DNA from: a virus
Taxonomy: Duplodnaviria > Caudoviricetes
Reading direction: 5' to 3' (one strand)
Virus record (IMG/VR): IMGVR_UViG_3300010883_000022
Location: 1,251 to 65,250 of that record
Length of the DNA stretch: 64,000 nucleotides
Position numbers and translations under genes: made by a program. Positions 29,316-39,189 of this stretch are shown here, one piece after another. Position 1 is the first letter of the stretch. Each line of letters starts with the position of its first letter. Under the pieces are notes generated by a model that saw nothing but the letters and a program-made list of their open reading frames with translations, did not search any database and had not been told where the DNA came from.

Positions 29316-31190
29316 CTATTTCCAACCTTTACTCAAACCAGAGCGCCCAAAGGTCTCGCCAGACATCAAGGAAGGAACATAACTAGTTCCGCTTGTATCG
29401 CTCACATCTCCACGGTGAAGACCTGAAAGTAAGCTACCCTGCCCACGTTTCTGCCTGGCGCCCATCATCCTAGCCGCCCAATCAGGATCGTACTCCAGTG
29501 ATTTTTCTGCTGGACGCATTTCCGGCTGAAATCGCGGAGGCTCGTCATGAACTTCCAGCCTATCAACCCCGAACTGTTTGAAATCTTTCAACATGCTCGG
29601 GCGAATCTTTGTACCAATAGTATAATGCAAGACGGGTCTCTCCAGATACTTTCCTTTTGCCTGGCGGTAATCAATTACCTGACTTCCTGGCCGCGCTTGG
29701 TACTGATTAACAAAGGAACTATACGGAATTATATCACCCGGCACATAGTCACCGACCTCTTCATCTATCCGAACGTGGTCGATCAACCCCCGGGATACCA
29801 GCTCAATATTACGCCTATGCACACTAATTCCCGCGTCAGCGTAGGCATCGCTTAGGCTCCCCACAAGGTACCTGCGCCCTTCTCCGATGCCCTTATGTTG
29901 CACAATTTCTGCCGGATTGGGGACGCCTGCAGAAAGCACATCGCCGGCCTCTACCGTGTCGCCCGGCTTTACATTTACTTGGAGGCCTGGTTTCACGTAA
30001 TGTTGCTCGCCCTGAATCGTTACGTAACTGCCCCCTTGAGGAGCCGCTTCAACCTTTTGTACTTTTCCATCAACTTGGGCATGCGCTGCGCCGTGCTTAA
30101 ATGTCTTGGGAACATTGACCAACTGGTTAATCAACGCAAAACCGCTGACACCTGCGGCAGCTCCCGCTACACCACCAGAGTGCTTAGATGAAATCTGCGC
30201 TTGGGTGAGCGGCTCAGAAACAGCTTGTGCAGCAGCCATTCCTACATAATCACCAATAGGGGATAGCCCACCGCGCTCTCTCGAGCCCACATCCCGCGCA
30301 TAAACACCGCCATCTGCCGGGCCACCTACCAACGGACTCCGGATAAGGATTTGCTTAGTCCCACCCTTCCGCAGCTCCTTCAGAATTTTCTGCGTTAATA
30401 CCGTGTTACGCTTATAACCACCCGCGGGTAATGCAAGAAGTGCGCCCTCGCTATCCATATCATCCGTATCAACGGGTAGTCCCAGTCGCGCAGCACCCGT
30501 TTCTTTATCGTCGTCTAAAGCGCTAACTAACAATCGGTGCGTTGCGCGGTTCATTTGCTTGGCCATGTACCCAGCATCAGCCGTAGCCAACTTAACATCA
30601 GTGATGCCTTTGCGCGCACCGTATGTACTAGCCCAATACTCCACAGGATTTAAACCCTCAGAGTAACTGCTAAGTACTGGGATGGGCAGCGGGCGGTCCT
30701 GGCCGTCCACATATATCCCATCGCCCGCAAGCAATCCGCGCAAGCTCCGCGCGTTGCCGCGGGACCCCGATGCGACCTGGCTCGCGAGGGGATTATTTTC
30801 TCGGGTACTTTCCTGATAAATCGCATCAATGAGCGGTTCGTTAGCGGCACCAACAGCTTTAAGGATCTCTTCGTCTTTGCGCTTATCACTAAGCTTAGGG
30901 TTGCTATGAATAGCGGCAATCTTACGACGAAGCGGTCCGTATGCTTTTTGCGCAGCTAATGATTTGCGCATATGCTTCAAACCAAATGAAGTCCCGCCAG
31001 TAGAGTAAGCAACATCACGACCAACATCGGACAACTCTTTAGCAATCTGACGGTACTGTTCAGGATACTTCTCTGCTACTTCCTGCAACAACGCATCGAT
31101 GCCCTTCTTGTCGAGCTTGCGATTGTAGTCTCGCAAGTTCGCGGGGAGGGTCTCGTTGACCATCAATTGTCCGATAGTTGTATTCAACAT
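29316..31190 (-). CDS. rpoC: RNA polymerase beta-prime C-terminal subunit
   Basis: TTIGQ..N..LP, SGSRG, EGLNPVEYW...GARKG..D...TADAGY (bridge helix), AAQAVSEPLTQ...KHSGG (trigger loop), VHRRNIELV. Confidence 0.92.
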   Translation of the reverse strand: MLNTTIGQLMVNETLPANLRDYNRKLDKKGIDALLQEVAEKYPEQYRQIAKELSDVGRDVAYSTGGTSFGLKHMRKSLAAQKAYGPLRRKIAAIHSNPKLSDKRKDEEILKAVGAANEPLIDAIYQESTRENNPLASQVASGSRGNARSLRGLLAGDGIYVDGQDRPLPIPVLSSYSEGLNPVEYWASTYGARKGITDVKLATADAGYMAKQMNRATHRLLVSALDDDKETGAARLGLPVDTDDMDSEGALLALPAGGYKRNTVLTQKILKELRKGGTKQILIRSPLVGGPADGGVYARDVGSRERGGLSPIGDYVGMAAAQAVSEPLTQAQISSKHSGGVAGAAAGVSGFALINQLVNVPKTFKHGAAHAQVDGKVQKVEAAPQGGSYVTIQGEQHYVKPGLQVNVKPGDTVEAGDVLSAGVPNPAEIVQHKGIGEGRRYLVGSLSDAYADAGISVHRRNIELVSRGLIDHVRIDEEVGDYVPGDIIPYSSFVNQYQARPGSQVIDYRQAKGKYLERPVLHYTIGTKIRPSMLKDFKQFGVDRLEVHDEPPRFQPEMRPAEKSLEYDPDWAARMMGARQKRGQGSLLSGLHRGDVSDTSGTSYVPSLMSGETFGRSGLSKGWK

Positions 31191-31214
31191 CCGTGTTTAC
31201 CTATCAACGACTAC

Positions 31215-31601
31215 CTACGCTTGGAACGAACTTCCGCAACCGCATGACTTAACAGCATTTGGATTTTCGAAAGTGAACCCCCGTTTGTCTAGTCCGTCGT
31301 GCCAATCAATAACCGTACCATCTAGGTACAGGGCGCTCTTCTTATCAACGACGACATCAACACCATGCTGGGTGTACCTATTGTCGGCTGATTTATCAAA
31401 TTCAGATTCGAATTTGAGCGAATAACTGAATCCGCTACATCCGCCGCCTTCTACACCGACTCGCAAGAAGGTTGCCGCATCGAGTACGATCTGCAGGAAG
31501 ATGGCGTCGGCTGGTGCCTGGGCCATCAGGGCAGCATTGACCTGGTCTGTCTTAACTTTTGTGACTTCTGCCGCTGCTTTTTCCGTTATAGAAACTGGCA
31601 T
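31215..31601 (-). CDS. iscA: A-type Fe-S carrier (IscA/HesB family)
   Basis: [40 protein letters not shown]. Confidence 0.93.
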   Translation of the reverse strand: MPVSITEKAAAEVTKVKTDQVNAALMAQAPADAIFLQIVLDAATFLRVGVEGGGCSGFSYSLKFESEFDKSADNRYTQHGVDVVVDKKSALYLDGTVIDWHDGLDKRGFTFENPNAVKSCGCGSSFQA

Positions 31602-31604
31602 AAT

Positions 31605-32177
31605 TTATGCACTTCCCCAGCTATTAAATACTGTTGTATATGGTTTCAAATGGTCAATAATATCTTCGAGCATCAGGACATCAGAAATACACTTCTTAGT
31701 AATCTGGTCCATCGCTTTTTTATCGCCGTCAAGAATGGCCCGTAACCAAACCTGACCATCCACATTCTTTTTCTGATTAACTCCCAGCACAGATGCGATG
31801 CGCTCTAGGCTGTTGTAGCCCAACCTCAAACTTTTGCGCGCGATCTTTACCGGATCTACAATCTTAAAATCAGGCAACGGCGGAAGATCGTTAACTAACA
31901 ACCTGGTACGCAAGAAAGGCAGATCGAAATCTACCCCGTTATGCGCTACCAAGATGTCGTACTTCTTCAACTCATTTGCTACTGCTTCAACAATCTTCGA
32001 ATCATCCGACCGGGCTTTCGCCCAGTTTGGATTCAACTTATCAGCTCGAAACACTGTAGGCTTCTTAAACGGTGTCTTGATAACAGCCGCCAGAATAATC
32101 CCAAAATCTGCCTGTAACGAACTACACTCTAGATCAAAGCACGCAGATCCAATCATATGCCGCTTTGTGCCACTCAT
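31605..32177 (-). CDS. DEDD/RNase H-like 3'-5' exonuclease (YprB-like)
   Basis: FDLECS, VAHNGVDFDLPFL, CISDV. Confidence 0.85.
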   Translation of the reverse strand: MSGTKRHMIGSACFDLECSSLQADFGIILAAVIKTPFKKPTVFRADKLNPNWAKARSDDSKIVEAVANELKKYDILVAHNGVDFDLPFLRTRLLVNDLPPLPDFKIVDPVKIARKSLRLGYNSLERIASVLGVNQKKNVDGQVWLRAILDGDKKAMDQITKKCISDVLMLEDIIDHLKPYTTVFNSWGSA

Positions 32178-32208
32178 ATAAGTTCCCTCGCTTCCTTGCT
32201 CAGTACAT

Positions 32209-32448
32209 TTATGGCCTAATACGCGGAGATATATCTACCTCGTCCACTAGGACAGTTTTATTAACCCCCAATGATTCAAGTAATGAATTGAAGTCCTTAT
32301 CTCCAACCTGCGACGTATAGTACGCACCTGGATGAAATTCAACTATCAACGAAAGTGGGTTACCAGTTTCTTCATCATATACGACAACCCGGGTAGTTTT
32401 TACCTTTAAAGGCTTGCCGTTCTCATCAAATAATTCTGCACGTAACAC
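32209..32448 (-). CDS. Hypothetical protein
   Basis: 79 aa, tightly packed in operon. Confidence 0.65.
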   Translation of the reverse strand: MLRAELFDENGKPLKVKTTRVVVYDEETGNPLSLIVEFHPGAYYTSQVGDKDFNSLLESLGVNKTVLVDEVDISPRIRP

Positions 32449-32450
32449 AC

Positions 32451-33227
32451 TTATTGACCCCGACTATTCGCATTACGCGCCATCTGTGCAAGTGCCGCAG
32501 TCCTATTAAAAATATCCGCTGCAGAAGGGGATATGCGCGCTTCACCAGTAGAACCAGTAAACGGCGAACCAACTGTTGGTACCCCTGACAACTCTTCAGA
32601 AACCTTAAGCATGTCACCACCGCCGCCGCCGTCGCCCATCGGAGGCCCGCCTCCGGCTTCAGGGCCCATTGGCATTGCTGGTTGAATTGCCTCGATCGGT
32701 TTGATCGCACTGCCTGGACCGGCAAGATCTACTGGCGGCGCCTCCAGGCCGTCAGCACCTTCGGGAGCCGTAGTGCCTTCCGGTGGCGGACCAAGCAAAG
32801 CTTCCGGAGGTAAACTAACGCCCATCGCGTTAGAAATGGCAACAATCAGCTTTTCCATGTTGTACAGCTTGGTGTTCAATTCTTCCGGATCAAATTTCTT
32901 TGCCTTGGCTCCGGCAGGACCCATAGCTCCGACGCCACCGCTGACGCCGGCATTAGAAAGCTCCTCCTGAATAATACTCCTAACATCCTCCGTAGGCGGA
33001 GGCGGCGGAGCATCCATTGGCGGCTCCATCGGAGGAGGTCCGCCCATTGCGGGATCACCGCCCATTGGAGGTCCACCCATTGGAGGTCCACCCATTGGAG
33101 GTGCGCCGCCCATTGCGGGATCACCGCCCATTGCGGGATCACCGCCCATGGGTCCGCCGGGAGGAACAATCCCCTGTTTCTCAAGCTGCCATGTTGCGAG
33201 CTTCAAAAGTTCTCTATTAATACCCAT
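32451..33227 (-). CDS. Pro/Gly/Met-rich low-complexity virion/scaffold-like protein
   Basis: GDPAMG/GPPMG repeats (about 33035-33155); LKLA, EKQG, LKVS. Confidence 0.7.
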   Translation of the reverse strand: MGINRELLKLATWQLEKQGIVPPGGPMGGDPAMGGDPAMGGAPPMGGPPMGGPPMGGDPAMGGPPPMEPPMDAPPPPPTEDVRSIIQEELSNAGVSGGVGAMGPAGAKAKKFDPEELNTKLYNMEKLIVAISNAMGVSLPPEALLGPPPEGTTAPEGADGLEAPPVDLAGPGSAIKPIEAIQPAMPMGPEAGGGPPMGDGGGGGDMLKVSEELSGVPTVGSPFTGSTGEARISPSAADIFNRTAALAQMARNANSRGQ

Positions 33228-33238
33228 TTCAAGGTCTC

Positions 33239-36200
33239 CTAACCGTTTAATATTGTTACTTGCTGACCTGCATCAATTTCACCACGGCGATAAGCACGAA
33301 TAGCCTCTGCCTTTGAAGAAAAAGTTCTAGGGCCTTTTCTATTCTTCTTTGTAGAGGCTGCGTACAAACCACCTGTATATTCCTGAGACGGCTTGTAATG
33401 CACATTAAAATCACGCGCTGAAAACAAATTACGAGATGGCATTAGTTTGTTAATCGCCTCGTCCACTGCACTTGATGATACAGGTACATGATACTGCATT
33501 GCATCCCCGTCAAAATCTGCGTTAAAACCCCCGACAATAAGCGGGCTTACCTGCATTGTGTCATTTTTTACCAGCTGAGGCCAGAAAGCCATAACACCAT
33601 ACCGATGAAGTACCGGCGCACGATTAATGACAACAGGACGCTTAGACATAATTTTGAGCAACTCTTTGCGCGCAACAGCAGAGCGATCCTTTACCGCACG
33701 TGCTGCATCTAACTTGGGAATACCGCGCCTACCCAGATCTCTAATAATAAGCGGCTGATAAACCTCCCACGCTTTTTCCTCAGGTATCCCAACTTGATCC
33801 ATATCCAAATCAGGATTAGGCGTGATAGCTGCCCTACCTACTAAGTCGGTCGTATTGCTCAGTAGCTTTCTTTGCACAACGCTGTATTTTGGATTTTTAC
33901 CGAAAACTTCCCGAAGGATCCCGCGAACTTGTTTTTCTTGAGCATCACTACTAATAGGATCTCCCAAACCCGTTACTGCTTTAAATGCATCATAAACAGA
34001 TAGCCGTTCTTCACCAATATCATCAGATTTCTTAGCGTTCTCGCGTAGAAACTTATTGGCTTCAAACAAATCTCGGTACAAGTAATTCGTGTCGGAAACC
34101 AGCTGGTTTCCTGAGCCTTGCATAACACTTATTGGACGAAATGCAGGGGGCAACACGGGTGCACGAGAAAGCATCCAATCCCGCGGATGTAGCTTCTGTT
34201 TCTCTGCGCCTTTAAAGTATCGCAAACGCTTCACAGCAGCATTACGCTTCTCACCTTTACTCGACTTGACATCTTCTCGCGCCTGCGCTGTTGCCTGCTT
34301 CAAGTTTATCTTATCCAACGCATGCGCAATTGCGCGAGAACCTGTCTGCCCCTGGAATTCTTGCTTACCGGATAAGATATCCCGGAAATTAGATTCCGTA
34401 AGCCCCAGCACGCGCATGATAGGTTCTTGCATTGCTGGGTTTGGCATAGGCTCAGCAAGACGAATAAACGACCACTTATTGCCACCGTGCCCGCCCGTCG
34501 CCGAAGGATCAAACAAACCACCCTTTAACGGCTTTAGACCCTGCTTCCAGTCGACAGTGTTGGAACCCGTAATCTCTCTATCGCCGGCTAACTTGGTTAC
34601 ATCTGCCTCCGTCATAGCCAACAGATGAGTGCGCGTTCCCTTCCGAACTGGGTTGATTCCCGCCGCCCGCAGCTGATTCACAAATTTCTCATAAACCATG
34701 GGAACCTTTGGTGTCGCGGGCTTGAACCCCGCCTGGAATGCCGACCAGTAATCAGGATTCATTTGTCCCCGAATCATCTTCGCGTCCCTGATAACCTCAG
34801 TAGCGCCATGCGAAAGCAACGCGTTAAGCTCAAGCATTCCAATCGTCTTAGCACCTTCCTCGCCACCTTTAGACGGACGCCCCTCTGACGTGTATCCCCC
34901 AAAGCTACGCCCTGTTCCCTTAGACTCGGCAACGTGGTGCAATTTCATGAAAAAGCGATTACCAACAAAGACATCATTAATCTGGCGCCCGTTAGTGGGG
35001 TCCGTAATCGTTTCCAGATCCTGTATATCATTTGCTTCAAGTTCGCGCATTGCGAACTCGGTGAGGTCTTCAATATTTTCAAAATCCTGGATCTTATATG
35101 GCTTCCCCGTCCGCTCTGCAATTTTACCAAGCGCCGCTTCTATCATTTGCGCAGGATTAGTTCGGCTAATAATACCGAGCGGATTTAACAATAGTTCAGA
35201 AGAACGACCATCAGCCGCTACGGGCATTTCTTCATCTGGAATGATCTCAGAGATAACGCCCTTATCACCGTACCTACCTGAAAGCTTATCGCCCACTTTT
35301 GCCGTAGCCGTAGACTTAACCGTAACTAGGATTCCGTGCTTGGTTTTGGCAACATCTGTGACAATGCCGGGCGCATGGTGGGACCACATTTGGGTTTTAT
35401 CAATGTACTTGGGGGCCCGCCCACGGGAGACCTGGTTAGCTGTCCGTTCTCGTTCTCGGACAACAAGTGCCAACGGATCTCCGCTGTTGACGGTCGTTCC
35501 TGGTTTAATGACTCCGTCATTGTCCATTTTCTCCAAAGTAGTGCGATCAAATTTGCCAGGAAACATAGCGGTGAAACCAGCCTTGCTAGTCCGCACCTTT
35601 TCCTCAGAAAAATCGACCGTGGTCTTGTACATATGTTGCGAAGACAACCGGTTAGCAAACGATTCACTAATAACAACGGCATCCTCGAAATTAAGGCCGC
35701 GAAATGGAACGTATGCTACACGTGCATTTAACCCAAGAGCCGTCGTTCCCTTGTCGTCTACGAAATTAGACTTAGCTAACAATGCGCCCTTCGGAAACCG
35801 CTGCCCCTTCTGAACAACAACATCCTGATGAATATACGTTTTACGGTTATATGGATAGTTGTCGTACAGCTCTATCGTCTCAACAGCACCGTTACCATAT
35901 TTAACAGTGATCTCATCTTTATCGACCTTCGTAACAACCCCGCCATGCTTTGCGCGAACGGCGCCCATTTTAGTTCCATACCGATTTTCAAAACTATCAT
36001 CCTCACCCGGAATACCCGCTTGAACCAACGGAGCTTCCGCATTATCCAGCGGGAGTGCTTGCGTTAACATCCTGGCCGCCATCACAGATCTCTGCGCCTT
36101 AGTTGCCGATTTCATCGGGATCATATTGGCAAGAAAAGAAAAAGCGCCCTCCATATGCGGAACCTCGTAATCAACCGCGTGAGGAGACACGTGCCGAACA

Positions 36201-37693
36201 GTGCCGCCAGACATGGCAGCTACCCGTGATTTACCCGATCGCAGCTCTCCTGGAAAAGCCACAACAGAAGACGTAATAGTCTCCGGGTCTCGCCACACCG
36301 TTTCACCGCTGCGAACATCTCGCATCTTTGTGTAAATCTTACCGTCCCGTCCTTTACGCGCATTACCCGCCATACGAAGATCGACGCCCGCACGCTCTGA
36401 CTCAGGGGTTATGATCGGATCAATGAAACCAAAGTGGCTGGACTGAACATTCCGCGCTTCCGCGGGCACACCACGTGCGCTCTGAATGCCGCCATCGCCC
36501 ATCTTTGAAACACGGCTTTGCTGCTCAAAGATTTGCGCAGGATTGATCCCTTCCAACGGCTGCGCCAGAGAACCAAACAACACCGAATCCAGGCTCTTAT
36601 TCATCAAGCCCGTACCAATACTCTGCACGTTTTTCTTAGATGTGGCTTTCCAAAGTGCGCGGTTAAGCAAACCTTTATTCTTGCCAATACGCTCTGCAAG
36701 CAAATCCTCAGGACCCAAAAAACGCATGAACGCCAAGGAGTCCCGATCATCAACCTCGGCCGGGTCTAATCCCAATTTAGCTAGTACAGCTGGATCCGCT
36801 CTATTCTGAATAGCCAATAGCTTCCGAGTACTAGCAAGTAAACTTTCAACAGTTACTCGCTTAGTTGGTTTACCCAGCGTCCGCTCTGTTGTTGCGGGAT
36901 CCAACTCCATCTTTGCAAATGCCTTAGCAATTGCTTCCTGGCGAGATCGCGCGTCCGTATCAACACCGCCGAGAACAAACTTCTTATAGATCTTCGCCAA
37001 GTCCGCTGGAGACGCCTTTTGCATATTCGCCGAGGCGAGCTCGCCCCAAGCTGTCTGTAGTTCCTTATCCGTCGCGCCCATTGCGCGGAGAATAGAAATC
37101 AAGGGGATATTCGCGTTACCTACGTTCGCCTTAAAAAGGCCCGTTGCGGGGTCCAAATGGATACGATGCGATAAACCCGTACCAGGCTTTACGTTTATGC
37201 TGGATTCAAGCTCGCCGTTTTCTTTTTCCCGATGATAAACTCCGGGTCGCAGTCGCATTTGATTAGACAACGTATACTCATTGCCGTTGCGGATAAACGT
37301 GCCGCGGCTAGAAAAGTAAGGCACCTGCGCAACCGTTGCGCGCTTATTATCAAGCACCGTCCCGGAAGCATTATCAACTAGCTGCCAAGTACCGCGTAAA
37401 CTACGGCGCAGGTTACGTTGCTCCAAAAGCGCGCGTTTTTGATCAGCGAGAGAAATTTCCTTCTCATCGTCGTCGTAATCTACGTCAACAAGTTGTAACG
37501 TATGCGTCTGGTTAGAAACTGGTTCAATCGCGCGCGCAGCTGCTCGCACATTTTCATAAATGCCGCGCCGCACCGCCGCAGAATCCCCAAATTCTCGAAG
37601 GCCTGCGGGCGCACGAGAGGAAGGCGCCAACGGCTTCGCGGGTGGTGTCACCAACGACGGGGGCGGATTGCGGGGATCAAGTACACTTGGCAT
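33239..37693 (-). CDS. rpoBC: RNA polymerase beta fused to beta-prime N-terminal half
   Basis: Beta: GTFIRNG, HFGFIDPIITPES, NFEDAVVIS, GDKLSGRYGDKG, NPLGIISRTN, MKLHH. Beta-prime: VLPPAFRP, NRAPVLHR, NADFDGDAM. One uninterrupted frame. Confidence 0.95.
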   Translation of the reverse strand: MPSVLDPRNPPPSLVTPPAKPLAPSSRAPAGLREFGDSAAVRRGIYENVRAAARAIEPVSNQTHTLQLVDVDYDDDEKEISLADQKRALLEQRNLRRSLRGTWQLVDNASGTVLDNKRATVAQVPYFSSRGTFIRNGNEYTLSNQMRLRPGVYHREKENGELESSINVKPGTGLSHRIHLDPATGLFKANVGNANIPLISILRAMGATDKELQTAWGELASANMQKASPADLAKIYKKFVLGGVDTDARSRQEAIAKAFAKMELDPATTERTLGKPTKRVTVESLLASTRKLLAIQNRADPAVLAKLGLDPAEVDDRDSLAFMRFLGPEDLLAERIGKNKGLLNRALWKATSKKNVQSIGTGLMNKSLDSVLFGSLAQPLEGINPAQIFEQQSRVSKMGDGGIQSARGVPAEARNVQSSHFGFIDPIITPESERAGVDLRMAGNARKGRDGKIYTKMRDVRSGETVWRDPETITSSVVAFPGELRSGKSRVAAMSGGTVRHVSPHAVDYEVPHMEGAFSFLANMIPMKSATKAQRSVMAARMLTQALPLDNAEAPLVQAGIPGEDDSFENRYGTKMGAVRAKHGGVVTKVDKDEITVKYGNGAVETIELYDNYPYNRKTYIHQDVVVQKGQRFPKGALLAKSNFVDDKGTTALGLNARVAYVPFRGLNFEDAVVISESFANRLSSQHMYKTTVDFSEEKVRTSKAGFTAMFPGKFDRTTLEKMDNDGVIKPGTTVNSGDPLALVVRERERTANQVSRGRAPKYIDKTQMWSHHAPGIVTDVAKTKHGILVTVKSTATAKVGDKLSGRYGDKGVISEIIPDEEMPVAADGRSSELLLNPLGIISRTNPAQMIEAALGKIAERTGKPYKIQDFENIEDLTEFAMRELEANDIQDLETITDPTNGRQINDVFVGNRFFMKLHHVAESKGTGRSFGGYTSEGRPSKGGEEGAKTIGMLELNALLSHGATEVIRDAKMIRGQMNPDYWSAFQAGFKPATPKVPMVYEKFVNQLRAAGINPVRKGTRTHLLAMTEADVTKLAGDREITGSNTVDWKQGLKPLKGGLFDPSATGGHGGNKWSFIRLAEPMPNPAMQEPIMRVLGLTESNFRDILSGKQEFQGQTGSRAIAHALDKINLKQATAQAREDVKSSKGEKRNAAVKRLRYFKGAEKQKLHPRDWMLSRAPVLPPAFRPISVMQGSGNQLVSDTNYLYRDLFEANKFLRENAKKSDDIGEERLSVYDAFKAVTGLGDPISSDAQEKQVRGILREVFGKNPKYSVVQRKLLSNTTDLVGRAAITPNPDLDMDQVGIPEEKAWEVYQPLIIRDLGRRGIPKLDAARAVKDRSAVARKELLKIMSKRPVVINRAPVLHRYGVMAFWPQLVKNDTMQVSPLIVGGFNADFDGDAMQYHVPVSSSAVDEAINKLMPSRNLFSARDFNVHYKPSQEYTGGLYAASTKKNRKGPRTFSSKAEAIRAYRRGEIDAGQQVTILNG

Positions 37694-37708
37694 TTAATGG
37701 CCTCAAAT

Positions 37709-38806
37709 TCAGACGGACGCCGAAATGGGCTCGTCTTCTTTTTCTTCATGCAAAACCTCCGCACCCGGAGTGAGGTAAATCGGCTGAGGGCGTCGGCGAG
37801 CTAAATCAGCTTTGCGTCGACGCATTGCTTCACTTAGCGGGCTCTTGCTGCGCGATTTGTTACGCGTCCAGTTATACGCCATCATTCCTGTAGGTATTCC
37901 AGAAATTGCAGCCATCATAGTGAGCAATCCCCCATACTGCTTAAGGCCCTTAGTGATGTCTCCGGTGGTAACATTTTCTAGACCACCAAGATTAGGCTGC
38001 GGAAACTCGATTCTTGGTACCTCCGCCAGCTTAACAAAACCAGCGTACAGTTCGTCCAACGACGAGCCTAATACGGAAGCTTCCTTACTCGCCTCAAATT
38101 GCTCTGCAATAGCCGTTTCATATTCGTCTTTGGCATCTCGTACAGCTTCTTCCCGCAACCGCTTTCTACGGCGCGAAGCAAGGTAATCACCCAGAGCATT
38201 TCCGCCCCAAAAACCACCCAAGCCTAAGCCAACCATCGCGGGCCATTTGGCTATGGGAGCCGAATCACTGCCCAACCACGAGGTCTCGGCCTCTAGCTTG
38301 TTCGCTTCATTATATGGGCTCGCTGATTGCTGTGCGGCTTTATCCAGCCGATCTTCTTCATCCTCTTCCGGTTTCCGCCGACTAACAAATTTACGTTGCG
38401 GTACCGAAAGCTCCATGGGCAGGGAAGATGTGCCAGCTCCCGCCATTTGCGCCACACTCGGACGCCTTAAGGCTTTGACTAACGAAGCTCCGCCGCCAAG
38501 CAACGCCGCCCCGCCGCCCACCGCAAGAAGCTGCATCAGGTTTTTGTTGTACAGCAACTCTGGGTCGCTCAGGATAGTCGACGGAGTCGTCTCGTAAAGC
38601 AGACTAGATTCTTTGCGCATATCCTGCGCGTGCTTAATCAAGTCCGGAGCAATGTCGATGTAAAGGCGCTCGTTTGCAAAAGAGCCCCCCGTCGCCTCGG
38701 ACTGCTTGCGCATATCCTGCGCATGCTTGATCAAATCCGGAGCAATATCAATGTAAAGGCGCTCATCATCGATTGAGGCGGACTGTTTGTGTATTTGTTT
38801 CTGCAT
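37709..38806 (-). CDS. Glycine-zipper internal virion protein with duplicated N-terminal tag
   Basis: ERLYIDIAPDLIKHAQDMRK x2; three Gly-rich hydrophobic helices; no Cys. Confidence 0.65.
   Translation of the reverse strand: MQKQIHKQSASIDDERLYIDIAPDLIKHAQDMRKQSEATGGSFANERLYIDIAPDLIKHAQDMRKESSLLYETTPSTILSDPELLYNKNLMQLLAVGGGAALLGGGASLVKALRRPSVAQMAGAGTSSLPMELSVPQRKFVSRRKPEEDEEDRLDKAAQQSASPYNEANKLEAETSWLGSDSAPIAKWPAMVGLGLGGFWGGNALGDYLASRRRKRLREEAVRDAKDEYETAIAEQFEASKEASVLGSSLDELYAGFVKLAEVPRIEFPQPNLGGLENVTTGDITKGLKQYGGLLTMMAAISGIPTGMMAYNWTRNKSRSKSPLSEAMRRRKADLARRRPQPIYLTPGAEVLHEEKEDEPISASV
38613..38764 (-). repeat. 59-nt coding duplication, period 93 nt
   Basis: Copies 38613-38671 and 38706-38764; 5 differences, all synonymous. 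Confidence 0.95.
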
Positions 38807-39179
38807 CGGTTACCCCGCGATAATTAGGCGATTTACCCTTGGGAAGTTCCCCGTAAATCTGATTCCATTCTAAGTATACTCGCCAACTTCCGTGCTCCTC
38901 ATCAAAGAGGCGCTCAATATGTATCAACTGATACCACCCGTTTGATGCGCGATCACGTATCTGACGATATTCTTTTAATTCATCCGCGTTCCACAGCTCA
39001 AACATCCTGCAGTGGAAATCAAACGCTAGTGGTATCTCTTCTGTTTCGTCTGACGTCAGCGTTGGAGGAACACTTGTACCCCTGAAAGGAAATCCAGAAG
39101 TAGTTCCTGGCCAATGTAACTGTCCGCCATGTGCGCTATCAGTGCCACCACGTTCACCAAAATATTTCAATATGCCCAT
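38766..39179 (-). CDS. Hypothetical protein
   Basis: 137 aa, SD GAGGA. Confidence 0.75.
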   Translation of the reverse strand: MGILKYFGERGGTDSAHGGQLHWPGTTSGFPFRGTSVPPTLTSDETEEIPLAFDFHCRMFELWNADELKEYRQIRDRASNGWYQLIHIERLFDEEHGSWRVYLEWNQIYGELPKGKSPNYRGVTDAETNTQTVRLNR

Positions 39180-39189
39180 TTATTCCTCA

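Noticed and set aside
29316-37693. Host chromosomal rpoBC locus, or an intron/intein-split polymerase
   Set aside because: No ribosomal protein neighbours, flanked by virion genes; the intervening 2 kb holds four ordinary genes; no intein or intron motifs seen
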